NCBI GenBank assembly: GCA_043779345.1
Contig: JAYWEJ010000313.1
Coordinates: forward strand, 1-32,918
From: Acidimicrobiia bacterium
Lineage (GTDB): Bacteria; Acidobacteriota; Vicinamibacteria; Vicinamibacterales; UBA2999
Direction of reading: 5' to 3'
DNA: 32,918 bases
Shown: piece after piece, positions 17,116-28,231 of the stretch
How the letters are laid out: every line of letters starts with the position of its first letter
How positions within the stretch are numbered: the stretch's first letter is position 1
Made by a program: the position numbers and the translations under genes
The notes under the pieces: model-generated
What the model saw: the letters and a program-made list of their open reading frames with translations, nothing else
Database searches by the model: none
Told to the model about the DNA's origin: nothing

Positions 17116-19337
17116 TGACCTCAACCGAATTGTGGAGGCGGCCCCTGCGCGGGGCGGCCTTGCTGATCGCGGCAATCGTCGCGACGGCTGCAGTCTCCGC
17201 TGCGCCAGGGTTCTGGCAGGCGGCGACGCAGGCGGATTTCCTGCGCGGCGAAGTCGATCAGCTGTCGATCGACGAGCACGGCCGCCTGACGCTCGGGCCG
17301 GAGCTGACGAAAGTTCACGACGCCGCTGCCCCGTTCGTCTGGACGATCGCGGCCGGCGCCGACGGCGCGTGGTTTCTCGGCACCGGCAACGACGGCAAGG
17401 TGATCAAGGTCGACAAGAACGGCCAGGGCTCGCTGTTTTACGACAGCACCGAAATGGAAGTGCACGCTCTCGCGCCCGCGCCGAATGGCGGGCTCTACGT
17501 GGGCACCTCACCGGATGGCCGCATCTATCGCGTCGATGCGAAGGGACAAGCGACGACGTTCTTCGATCCCGATGACAAGTACATCTGGTCGCTGATCGTC
17601 GACCGCGACGGCAACGTGTTCGCAGGCACCGGTGACAAGGGCACGGTCTACAAGATCACGCCCGACGGCAGGGGCGCCAGGTTCTTCGCGTCGAAGAGCG
17701 CGCACGCGGTATCGCTGGCGTTCGACCACAATCGGCAGCTGCTGGTCGGCACCGGCGCTCCTGGCCGCGTCTTCCGTGTCGATGCGGGCGGCAGGGGTTT
17801 CCTGCTGCTCGACACCACCTACCAGGAAATCCACGCGATTCGCGTCGACCCCAAGGGTGTGATCTACGCGGCGGCGCAGAGCGGCCGCCCGCAGGGCGGC
17901 GGTGACTCGCTCACCGAGGCGACCCCGCCGCCGGTGACGCCGTCGATCCCGAACGTCTCGACCGAGATCACCTCGATCACCGTTGTTGACGTCGGCGGCG
18001 CGCAATCGAGCGGCGGCGCCTCGTCCGGCGCCCGCAGCACCATCACCGGCGCGGTGTATCGCGTGCAGCCCGATGGGCTTTGGGACGAGCTGTGGACCTC
18101 CAGGGAAGATGCGCCGTATGACGTCGCGATCGAACCCGATGGCGCGGTGCTGGTCGCGACCGGCACGAAGGGCAAGCTGTTTCGATTGAGCGGCGATCCC
18201 GTCAGCGCGGTGCTCGTGACACGCGTGCCGGCGCAACAGGCCACGATGATCGCGCGGGCCGGCGAGCGCACGTTCCTCGCCACCGCGAATCCAGGACTGC
18301 TGATGTCGGTGTCGACGGCGCGCGCCTCGCGCGGCACCTACGAGTCGGACGTGAAGGACGCGCGCCTGGTGTCAACGTGGGGCGTGGTGGCATGGCGGGC
18401 GGCCGCGCCCGCCGGCAGCAAGGTCGAGGTCTTCACCCGCTCCGGCAACACCCGGACGCCGGACGATGGGTGGAGCGAATGGAGCGCGGCCTACGCGAAC
18501 GCCGCAGGGTCGCAGATCACCAGCCCCAAAGCCCGCTACCTGCAGTGGCGCGCGGTGTTGTCCGGCACCGCGACGGCGGCGCCGGTGCTGACGTCCCTGT
18601 CGTCGGCCTACCTGCCCCGCAACATCCGGCCGCAGGTGGCGTCGATCACCATTCACCCGCCCGGCGTGGTGTTCCAGAAGCCGTTCTCGAGCGGCGAGGC
18701 CGAGATCGCGGGCCTCGATGAGGATGCGCAGGACAAGCGCGCCTCGGCGAACAATCCCCTCGGCGGCGGCGCGCCGCCGCTTGGCCGGAGAATTTTTCAG
18801 CGCGGCCTGCAGACCTTCGCCTGGAAGGCCGAGGACGACAACAACGACGAGTTGAGCTACGACGTGTTCTACCGGCGCGAGGGCGACACGACGTGGCGGA
18901 CGCTGAAGTCGGACCTGCGCGACACCCTGCTGGTGTGGGACACCAGCTCGGTGCCGAACGGCACCTATGTGTTGAAGGTGCTGGCGTCCGATCGCAAATC
19001 GAATCCGGCGGAGAGCGCGCTTGCCGGCGAGCTTGAAAGCAGCAGCTTCGACATCGACAACGTCGCGCCAACCGTGCAGATCGGATCGCTGCGCAAGGAC
19101 GGCACCAGGTTCGTCGTGCCCGCCGAGGTCCGCGATACCGATTCAGCGGTACTGAAGGTCGAGTACTCGCTCGACGCGCAGCGCTGGCAGCCGGCGTTCC
19201 CGCGCGACGGCATCCTCGACGGCCGGCTGGAAGTGTTCGAGATCCGGCTCGATGCGGACGCGCAGGGGCGCACCCTCGTGATTCGCGCGACGGATGCGCT
19301 TGGAAATGTCGGGACCGGACAGGTTCGAATCCAGTAG
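17115..19337 (+). CDS. secreted beta-propeller repeat protein with C-terminal Ig/FN3-like (Y_Y_Y-like) domains
   Basis: The ATG at 17115 overlaps the upstream TGA by 1 nt (TGATG). A signal-like segment LRGAALLIAAIVATAAVSAAPG is present. Roughly 43-aa repeats occur: GTGNDGKVIKVDKNGQ, GTSPDGRIYRVDAKGQ, GTGDKGTVYKITPDGR, GTGAPGRVFRVDAGGR and ATGTKGKLFRLSGD. The C-terminal segment ELSYDVFYRREGDTTWRTL...NGTYVLKVLASD resembles Y_Y_Y/Ig domains. The product is 740 aa. Confidence 0.7.
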   Translation: MTSTELWRRPLRGAALLIAAIVATAAVSAAPGFWQAATQADFLRGEVDQLSIDEHGRLTLGPELTKVHDAAAPFVWTIAAGADGAWFLGTGNDGKVIKVDKNGQGSLFYDSTEMEVHALAPAPNGGLYVGTSPDGRIYRVDAKGQATTFFDPDDKYIWSLIVDRDGNVFAGTGDKGTVYKITPDGRGARFFASKSAHAVSLAFDHNRQLLVGTGAPGRVFRVDAGGRGFLLLDTTYQEIHAIRVDPKGVIYAAAQSGRPQGGGDSLTEATPPPVTPSIPNVSTEITSITVVDVGGAQSSGGASSGARSTITGAVYRVQPDGLWDELWTSREDAPYDVAIEPDGAVLVATGTKGKLFRLSGDPVSAVLVTRVPAQQATMIARAGERTFLATANPGLLMSVSTARASRGTYESDVKDARLVSTWGVVAWRAAAPAGSKVEVFTRSGNTRTPDDGWSEWSAAYANAAGSQITSPKARYLQWRAVLSGTATAAPVLTSLSSAYLPRNIRPQVASITIHPPGVVFQKPFSSGEAEIAGLDEDAQDKRASANNPLGGGAPPLGRRIFQRGLQTFAWKAEDDNNDELSYDVFYRREGDTTWRTLKSDLRDTLLVWDTSSVPNGTYVLKVLASDRKSNPAESALAGELESSSFDIDNVAPTVQIGSLRKDGTRFVVPAEVRDTDSAVLKVEYSLDAQRWQPAFPRDGILDGRLEVFEIRLDADAQGRTLVIRATDALGNVGTGQVRIQ

Positions 19338-19359
19338 TTGAAAGTCTAAAGTTTACAGT

Positions 19360-20268
19360 TTAAAGGCCGCCGGCCGCGGCGGCAGCGAGCGCCGCAGCTT
19401 CGGGCCCGATCGGCTTCAGCAACGGCGCCGCCTGCGGCTTCGGCTCACCGGCCGCGTGCGGAGGCATCGGCAGCGGCGCGATCGGGGCGGGCGTCGTTCG
19501 CAGCCGCAGCGCCTGCCGCAACGACTCCATCGTCTCGTCGTGACGGCCCTTCACGGTGGTATTCGTGACCAGCCACACCATGCTCACCGCCACCGCGTCG
19601 CCGCGCGCCGTCGCCGGCGCGAACTTCATGCGGTAGGCCTCGTTGAGCATCGCGTTGACGCCCTGCCGGTCGGCCGGCTCGTTGATCATCTCGACGCCCT
19701 GCACGCGGCCTTCGCGCGACACCACGGCCGACAGCGCGTACTCGGCGTCTTCTCCGGACATCTCGATCGCGGCATCGGTGGCGGCGCGCGGCGCCATCAT
19801 TTCGTAGTTGAGCCGCAGCGGGTTGTCGTTCGAGCCCGGGCTCGCGAGCACGGCGATGACGCGCGCCATCGAGTTCGGCCGCTCCTGGTTCGCGGCGTGC
19901 AGCACGCTCGCCGAGCCGATCACGCAGATCGCCGTGGCCGCCGAGGCGCCAAGGCCGGCCCACACCAGGTGCATGTCCTGGAACCAATCGGTGACTTGCG
20001 CGCGGATCGAAAACGATTCTTCGACCTTCAGCCGCTCGACGACGTTCGACGAAATGCGCAGCGGCTCGACGGACTGATGTTCGGTCACGACCGCGGAGAA
20101 CTCACGCAACCTGGCGCCGAGCTCCGCCAGCTCGCCGGCGGCCATGTTGCAGGCGCCGCATTGACCGAGGTGCTCCTGGATCGCGACGCGATCGTCGATC
20201 GAGAGCTCGCCGTCGTGAAACGACTCGAGACGTTCGCGCACGTCGCGGCAGGCGTAAAGACCCATCAT
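19360..20268 (-). CDS. zinc-binding (ZAS, zf-HC2) anti-sigma factor with a TonB-C-like extracytoplasmic domain
   Basis: 302 aa. The motif HLGQCGAC fits HxxxCxxC. One TM helix (LVWAGLGASAATAICVIGSASVL) is present. The segment AVVSREGRVQGVEMINEPADRQGVNAMLNEAYRMKFAPATARGDAV resembles the TonB C-terminal fold. The tail is Pro-rich. An ATGA overlap joins it to the sigma gene. Confidence 0.8.
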   Translation of the reverse strand: MMGLYACRDVRERLESFHDGELSIDDRVAIQEHLGQCGACNMAAGELAELGARLREFSAVVTEHQSVEPLRISSNVVERLKVEESFSIRAQVTDWFQDMHLVWAGLGASAATAICVIGSASVLHAANQERPNSMARVIAVLASPGSNDNPLRLNYEMMAPRAATDAAIEMSGEDAEYALSAVVSREGRVQGVEMINEPADRQGVNAMLNEAYRMKFAPATARGDAVAVSMVWLVTNTTVKGRHDETMESLRQALRLRTTPAPIAPLPMPPHAAGEPKPQAAPLLKPIGPEAAALAAAAAGGL

Positions 20269-20900
20269 GGCCGGACCTCCCTCAATTCGTCACGCAACGT
20301 TTGCCGCGCGCGCGTCAGCCGCGACTTCACGGTGCCGATAGCCACGCCGAGGGAGTCTGCGATTTCTTCGTAACTCAAGCCGTCGACCTCGCGGAGCACG
20401 ATCACCGTGCGCTGGTCGAACGGCAGGTGGTTGAGCGCCGACCACAGGCGCTGGGCCAGCTCCTTGCGCGCATAGGCACGATCGGGAGCGGTGTGATCGC
20501 CGGGCTGGCGCAGGTCGCCGTGGGCGGCGACGTGCTGATCGAGGGATACCTGGTCGGCCTTGTGACGCCGCCTCCACCATCGCTGGCGGTTGCGGGCCTG
20601 GTTAATGCAAATCCGGTAGATCCAGGTCTTCAGCGCCGACTGGCCGCGGAACTTGTGGATGGTGCGGAAAACGCTGAAAAAGACTTCCTGGGAAAGGTCG
20701 AGGGCCTCGTCGCGGTCGCCCAGGAGGTGCAGGGCGAGCTGGTAAACCATGCGTTCGTGGCCGGAAACGAGCTCGGAGCAGGCCGTGGGCTCACCCGCCG
20801 CGCAGCGCTCGATTAAAGCCGCTTCGCGGTTACCGACCTCTACCCATCCGAGTGCGCCGGCGTCTTTCATGACGGTGTTGGCGACGGTTCGAGCGCCCAT
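20265..20900 (-). CDS. ECF-type RNA polymerase sigma factor (sigma-70 family group 4)
   Basis: 211 aa. Region 2 is DLSQEVFFSVFRTIHKF...WIYRICINQARN. Region 4 is LSYEEIADSLGVAIGTVKSRLTRAR. The start may instead be the ATG at 20870 (MKDAG...). Confidence 0.9.
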   Translation of the reverse strand: MGARTVANTVMKDAGALGWVEVGNREAALIERCAAGEPTACSELVSGHERMVYQLALHLLGDRDEALDLSQEVFFSVFRTIHKFRGQSALKTWIYRICINQARNRQRWWRRRHKADQVSLDQHVAAHGDLRQPGDHTAPDRAYARKELAQRLWSALNHLPFDQRTVIVLREVDGLSYEEIADSLGVAIGTVKSRLTRARQTLRDELREVRP

Positions 20901-20916
20901 GGCCAGTGTACCAACA

Positions 20917-20944
20917 TTAGAAACCGGCCGCGGCGGAAAGTTCC
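20917..20944 (-). promoter_or_regulatory. candidate ECF (RpoE-type) autoregulated promoter
   Basis: The minus strand reads GGAACTT-N16-TCTAA (GGAACTTTCCGCCGCGGCCGGTTTCTAA), ending 16 nt upstream of the ATG at 20900. This matches the RpoE-like -35 GGAACTT and -10 TCnAA with 16-nt spacing. Confidence 0.5.
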
Positions 20945-20960
20945 CTGTTACGATTCTGAC

Positions 20961-22346
20961 GTGCGGCGCAGCATCCTAGCCGTCGTTGTTGTCGCCATCG
21001 CCGGCGTTGCCGGCGCCCTGGCTTTCGGGGCCCTGGCCAACGAGCGTGACTTCGACCGTCTGATCGCCGAAGGTGACGCCGCGGTCGTGGCCGAGCGGCC
21101 GTTCCAAGCACTCGAGGCCTACACCGGCGCCATCACTCTCAGGCCCGATTCCATGCTCGCGCACTTCAAGCGCGGTTCCGTCTACCAGACCCAGAACGAG
21201 CTGGAAGCGGCCCTGCGGGATTTCCGGAGCGCCGCTGACATCGATCCGAGCTCGCTCCGCGCGCTCGAGTCGATTGGCGACGCGAACGTCGCGCTCGGCC
21301 GGCACGCTCGGGCCATCGAGCGCTACGAGGCGTTCAGAGCGCTCGACGACCGCCATCCGCGCGTGCTCTACAAGCTTGGGCTGGCCCGGTATCGTACCGG
21401 GCGCGGCAAGGAAGCCATTCCGATCCTGCAACAGGCACTCTCGATCGATCCGGCCATGGGCGAAGCGCATTACGTGCTTGGCCTCGTCCAGCGCGATCTC
21501 GATCAAATGCCGGCCGCGCGCAAGTCGCTCGAAGAGGCGGCGCGCCGCTCCCCCGCCAGCCAGACCTCGGCGCGCGAAGCGCTTGCCAACGTGTATCTGC
21601 TGGACGGCGATTACGGCCGCGCCATCAACGAGCTCGAGGCCCTCGCGGCGCTCGAACCGACGCGTTCCGATCGCGTCGTCGCCGTCGGTCTGGCGCAGGC
21701 GCGCGCCGGGCGCGAGGATGCCGCGGTGATCACGCTTGGCCGCGCCGTTGAGCGATTCCCCGACGCCCCGCAGGTCTACGCCGCACTCGGGCATGTGTGG
21801 CTGGCCGAGGCCGAGCGCCGCGGCGATCGCGTCGCGCTGAACAAGGCGCTCGAAGCCTTGCAGCAGGCGGCCGGCCGATCAGATACGACCAGCGATACCT
21901 ATGCGGAATTGGGACGCGCCTGGATGCTCGCCGGCGATCGCCAGGCGGCGGAGCGCGCATTGCGCCAGGCGGTCGCGAAATTGCCGGTGCCCCCGGACGC
22001 GTATCTCCAGCTCGCCGACGTCACGGGTCGTGATGGACGGATCCAGGACGCACGCGATGCGCTGCTGAAGTACGCGACGCTGATCGGGGATGAGAAGCCG
22101 CTGGCCACGGTCGCCACGCAAATCGCGGACTACTCGGTGCGGCTCGGCGAGCCCGCGCTCGCGGTCCGCTGGTTCGACCGCGCGATTGACGAAGCCGGTC
22201 CAAGCGCCGCGCTGCAGGTGAGGCTCGCCGAAGCGGCGTATCGCGCGGGCGACGTCGCCCGCGCTCATCAGGTCGTCGACGAAGGGCTGGCCTCAGAGCC
22301 CGGCAACCGTCCGCTTCAGCAACTCAAGCGCCGGCTTCCCCGCTAA
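20961..22346 (+). CDS. membrane-anchored TPR repeat protein
   Basis: 461 aa with a GTG start and an N-terminal TM helix (ILAVVVVAIAGVAGALAFGAL). Multiple roughly 34-aa TPR-like repeats follow (e.g. AHFKRGSVYQTQNELEAALRDFRSAADIDP). It is divergent from the ECF sigma gene. Confidence 0.8.
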   Translation: MRRSILAVVVVAIAGVAGALAFGALANERDFDRLIAEGDAAVVAERPFQALEAYTGAITLRPDSMLAHFKRGSVYQTQNELEAALRDFRSAADIDPSSLRALESIGDANVALGRHARAIERYEAFRALDDRHPRVLYKLGLARYRTGRGKEAIPILQQALSIDPAMGEAHYVLGLVQRDLDQMPAARKSLEEAARRSPASQTSAREALANVYLLDGDYGRAINELEALAALEPTRSDRVVAVGLAQARAGREDAAVITLGRAVERFPDAPQVYAALGHVWLAEAERRGDRVALNKALEALQQAAGRSDTTSDTYAELGRAWMLAGDRQAAERALRQAVAKLPVPPDAYLQLADVTGRDGRIQDARDALLKYATLIGDEKPLATVATQIADYSVRLGEPALAVRWFDRAIDEAGPSAALQVRLAEAAYRAGDVARAHQVVDEGLASEPGNRPLQQLKRRLPR

Positions 22347-22352
22347 GCAGGT

Positions 22353-23171
22353 TCACTTGGTCCGGCGGGGATCGAGCCTGTCCCTGAGACCGTCGCCGAG
22401 GAAGTTGAAGCCGAGCACGACGATCGCAAGAAACAATCCCGGAAAGATCGTGAGGTGCGGCGCATCGAGCAGGTGCACGCGGCCGCCATTGATCATCGTC
22501 CCCCAGCTCGGCGTCGGCGGTTGAACGCCGAGACCCAGGAAACTCAGCGCGGCCTCGGACAGAATCGCGCCGGCCATCCCCAGCGTGGCCTGAACCAGCA
22601 GCGGCGGCAAGGCTGTCGGCAGCACGTGTCTCACCAACACTCGCGCGGTGCCGGCACCAAGCGCCTTCGCCGCGGTGACATATTCGAATTCGCGCGCGCG
22701 CAACACTTGCCCACGAACCAGCCGCGCGTAACCCACCCAGCCGATCACGGCAAGGGCCAGGACGACGTTCACCAGGCTGGGGCCAAGCACGGCCACGAGC
22801 GCAATCGCGAGCAGCATGCCGGGAAACGCCATCAGCACGTCCATGAAGCGGCCGATCAGCTGATCGACGCGTCCCCCGTAGTAGCCGGACACGCCGCCGA
22901 TCGCCATGCCGGCGATCGAGGACACGCCGACGACGATGACGCCGACCAGTAGCGACACACGCGCGCCCAGCAGCACGCGCGCGAGGATGTCGCGGCCCAG
23001 CTCGTCGAGGCCGAACCAGTGTTGCCACGTCGGCCCCTGCAGCCGGTTCGGCAAATCCTGCGTGGCCGCGTCCCAGGGCAGCAACCACGGCGCGGTCAGC
23101 GCGCCGATGAAGACGATGGCGACGATGACCAATCCCGCGCGCGCCTGCCCTGAGCGAAGTCGAAGGGTCAT
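22353..23171 (-). CDS. ABC transporter permease, Opp/Dpp/Nik family (DppC-like)
   Basis: The in-frame ATG at 23171 within track ORF 22353..23327 forms an ATGA overlap with the upstream permease stop. The segment GLDELGRDILARVLLGARVSL is typical of OppC/DppC. The product is 272 aa. Confidence 0.88.
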   Translation of the reverse strand: MTLRLRSGQARAGLVIVAIVFIGALTAPWLLPWDAATQDLPNRLQGPTWQHWFGLDELGRDILARVLLGARVSLLVGVIVVGVSSIAGMAIGGVSGYYGGRVDQLIGRFMDVLMAFPGMLLAIALVAVLGPSLVNVVLALAVIGWVGYARLVRGQVLRAREFEYVTAAKALGAGTARVLVRHVLPTALPPLLVQATLGMAGAILSEAALSFLGLGVQPPTPSWGTMINGGRVHLLDAPHLTIFPGLFLAIVVLGFNFLGDGLRDRLDPRRTK

Positions 23172-24088
23172 TCGAGCCTGATCCGCGGATCCAGGACGCC
23201 GTACAACAAATCGGTGACGAGGTTGACGCTGACGTAGGTGACGGCGATCAACAGGATGCAGCCCTGCACCATCGGGTAATCGCGGAAGCCGATCGATTGA
23301 ATCAGCAGCCGCCCGATGCCCGGCCACGCGAAGATCGTCTCCGTGATCACCGCGCCGGTGAGGACCGCGCCAAACTGCAGCGCGATAATCGTCAGCAGCG
23401 GCACCATGCTGTTCCTGAGCGCGTGGACGGTGATCGAGGCGGCATGCGACACACCACGTGCACGCGCGGCGCGCACGTACAACTCACCAAGCTCATCGAG
23501 CAGGCTGGCCCGAGTCATTCGCGCGAGAATCGCCGCCAGCGCAAGGCCAAGTGAGATCGCCGGCAAGACCAGGTGCGCGAGAGTGCCGCGTCCGGAGACC
23601 GGCAGCCAGCCGAGCTCCACCGCGAAGACGATCGCCAGCAGCGGCCCCAGCCAGAAATTCGGAATCGAGACGCCCGCCAGCGCGAAGGTCATGGCGCTGT
23701 AGTCGATGGCGGTGCCACGCCACACCGCGGCGACGACACCCAGCGGAATGGCGATCAGGATCGCCACGAACATCGCCGCCACGGCCAGCTCGGCCGTCGC
23801 GGGAAGTCTTTCGACAATCATCGTCGTCACCGGCTGGCCGGTGCGAAACGAGACGCCGAGATCGCCGGTCACCGCGTGACGGAGAAAGGTGGCGTACTGC
23901 GTGAGCAGCGGTTGATCGAGGCCGAGCGTCGTGCGCAGCTCGGCCACGTCCTGGGGCGAGGCGCCGTCGCCCATCATCGCCTGCGCCGGATCGCCGGGCA
24001 CGAGATGGATCAGCGAGAACACCAGCGTGGCGACGCCGAGCAGTACCGGAACGGCCAGCAACACGCGGCGAACGAAATAGCGCAGCAC
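23168..24088 (-). CDS. ABC transporter permease, Opp/Dpp/Nik family (DppB-like)
   Basis: 306 aa with a GTG start. The N-terminus (M/V)LRYFVRRVLLAVPVLLGVATLVFSLIHLVPGDPA is typical of OppB/DppB. Confidence 0.88.
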   Translation of the reverse strand: MLRYFVRRVLLAVPVLLGVATLVFSLIHLVPGDPAQAMMGDGASPQDVAELRTTLGLDQPLLTQYATFLRHAVTGDLGVSFRTGQPVTTMIVERLPATAELAVAAMFVAILIAIPLGVVAAVWRGTAIDYSAMTFALAGVSIPNFWLGPLLAIVFAVELGWLPVSGRGTLAHLVLPAISLGLALAAILARMTRASLLDELGELYVRAARARGVSHAASITVHALRNSMVPLLTIIALQFGAVLTGAVITETIFAWPGIGRLLIQSIGFRDYPMVQGCILLIAVTYVSVNLVTDLLYGVLDPRIRLE

Positions 24089-24094
24089 TCGCGC

Positions 24095-26425
<2,331 letters not shown>

Positions 26426-26490
26426 CGCCGCCTGATCCGGCGTGTGGCGCGCCCGAGGCTCGCAATTTCTTCGTATAGAATGCTCGACGG

Positions 26491-27711
26491 ATGCTGCGTT
26501 TTTTGACGTCCGGTGAATCCCACGGACAAGGACTCGTCACGATCCTCGAAGGGCTCCCCGCGGGCTTACCGATCGATTTCGAAGCCGTCACGCTGGAGTT
26601 GCGGCGTCGCCAGGGCGGCTACGGCCGCGGCCGGCGCATGGCGATCGAATCGGATCGCGCGGAGTTCTTGTCGGGCGTGCGCCGCGGCAAGACGACCGGC
26701 GCCCCGGTCGCGCTGCTGGTGCGCAACAAGGACTGGGAGAACTGGCAGAACACGATGCATGTCGAGGCGCAGGCCCCGGCCGGATCGACCGGCGCCAACC
26801 GCGCCCCGGTCGTGCGGCCGCGCCCCGGTCATGCGGATCTCGCGGGCGCACTCAAATACGATCACGACGACATCCGCGACGTCCTCGAGCGCGCCAGCGC
26901 GCGCGAGACGGCGGCGCGGGTCGCGGCGGGCGCCGTGGCCCGCCAGTTGCTGCTGGCCGTGGGATGCGACATCACCAGCCACATCACCGGCATCGGCGCC
27001 GTCGTCTCGGCCGGCGCCGCGGTTTCGTTCGATGCGGCACGGGCGCTCGCCGCTGAAGCGCCGCTCCGCTGTGTCGACACGGCCGTCGAAAAGCAGATGA
27101 TGGCCGCGATTGATGCCGCCAAGGACGCCGGCGACACCCTCGGCGGCTCGTTCGAGGTCATTGCCCGGAACGTGCCGCTCGGCCTTGGCAGTTACGTCCA
27201 GTGGGATCGCAAGCTGGATGGCCGGCTCGCCCAGGCGGTGATGTCGATTCCCGCGATCAAGGCCGTCTCGATCGGCGACGGCGTCGACGGCGCCCGCCGG
27301 CCCGGCTCGCAAGTGCACGATGAGATCGTCGCGGATCCCAAAGCGGCGATGGGCCAGCCGGTGATCGTCCGCCCGACCAATCGTGCCGGCGGCCTCGAAG
27401 GCGGTGTCACCAACGGCGAGGAGTTGCGCGTCACCGCCTACATGAAGCCGATCTCAACGTTGATGAAGCCGCTGCGATCGGTCGACTTGACCACGCTCGA
27501 AGAAGCGCCGGCGGCCATCGAGCGCAGCGACACCTGCGCGGTTCCGGCTGCCGCGGTGGTTGCCGAGGCCATGGTCGCGCTCGTGCTCGCCGATGCGTTG
27601 CTCGAGCGATTCGGCGGCGACTCGATGGTCGAGCTTCGCGCCCGCGTCACCGCTACCGGGTCGCGCATCCGCGGCCGGGTCTCGCGCCGCCCCGCCACCG
27701 CTCCGGCCTGA
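26491..27711 (+). CDS. aroC: chorismate synthase
   Basis: 406 aa with the N-terminal signature MLRFLTSGESHG and RPGHAD. It has a short Arg-rich C-terminal extension. Confidence 0.94.
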   Translation: MLRFLTSGESHGQGLVTILEGLPAGLPIDFEAVTLELRRRQGGYGRGRRMAIESDRAEFLSGVRRGKTTGAPVALLVRNKDWENWQNTMHVEAQAPAGSTGANRAPVVRPRPGHADLAGALKYDHDDIRDVLERASARETAARVAAGAVARQLLLAVGCDITSHITGIGAVVSAGAAVSFDAARALAAEAPLRCVDTAVEKQMMAAIDAAKDAGDTLGGSFEVIARNVPLGLGSYVQWDRKLDGRLAQAVMSIPAIKAVSIGDGVDGARRPGSQVHDEIVADPKAAMGQPVIVRPTNRAGGLEGGVTNGEELRVTAYMKPISTLMKPLRSVDLTTLEEAPAAIERSDTCAVPAAAVVAEAMVALVLADALLERFGGDSMVELRARVTATGSRIRGRVSRRPATAPA

Positions 27712-27714
27712 CCC

Positions 27715-28224
27715 GTGCTGCGTCCCATCCTGCGACTCGGGGACTCGATCCTGAGCGAGCCGGCGCGCGCCGTCGAACACATCACGCCGGAGATTGAAAC
27801 GCTGATCGACGACATGATCGAAACCATGTACGCCGCACCCGGCATCGGACTGGCGGCGCCGCAAGTGGGCGTCTCGTTGAAGATTTTCGTGATCGATCTG
27901 TCGCTGGGCAAAGATCCGACCGCGCTGCATACGATGTGCAACCCCGAATTCATCGAGCGTGAGGGCATGCAACTGGAGGAAGAGGGCTGCCTGAGCATTC
28001 CCGGCTTCACCGCCACCGTCGCCCGGCCCAAGCGCGTGATCGTCGAAGGTCTCAATCGACACGGCGAGAAGTATCGACTCGAAGGCACGGCCCTGATGGC
28101 GCGCGCCCTGCAACACGAGGTCGACCACCTGAATTCCTGCCTGTTCGTCGATCGGTTGCGCGGCATCTCGCGCGATCTGATCCTCCGTAAAATCAAGAAG
28201 CTGTCGAAAGCCGGCAAGTGGTGA
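27715..28224 (+). CDS. def: peptide deformylase
   Basis: 169 aa with a GTG start. Motifs GIGLAAPQ, EGCLSIPG and QHEVDHL are present. Confidence 0.95.
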   Translation: MLRPILRLGDSILSEPARAVEHITPEIETLIDDMIETMYAAPGIGLAAPQVGVSLKIFVIDLSLGKDPTALHTMCNPEFIEREGMQLEEEGCLSIPGFTATVARPKRVIVEGLNRHGEKYRLEGTALMARALQHEVDHLNSCLFVDRLRGISRDLILRKIKKLSKAGKW

Positions 28225-28231
28225 GGCGCTG

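Noticed and set aside
19322-19332. GGTTCGAATCC, a perfect tRNA T-loop consensus, near the end of the beta-propeller gene.
   Set aside because: The flanks give only a 4/5 T-stem. I found no complementary acceptor stem and no D-arm or anticodon arm upstream. The string lies in frame within a coding region (…GQVRIQ*).
19338-19385. An AT-rich 22-nt convergent gap plus the GCCGCC-ggccgc-GGCGGC inverted repeat, as a bidirectional terminator.
   Set aside because: The stem lies inside the anti-sigma coding sequence, so it cannot serve as that gene's own terminator. For plus-strand transcripts it is followed by no U-tract. On the minus strand only an interrupted T-rich stretch follows it. This is not convincing without folding or Term-seq data.
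26474-26481. TATAGAAT, a -10-like element 10 nt upstream of the aroC ATG, as a promoter for a nearly leaderless aroC mRNA.
   Set aside because: There is no acceptable -35 element at 16-18 nt, and a single hexamer match is weak evidence. It is left unannotated and would need TSS data.
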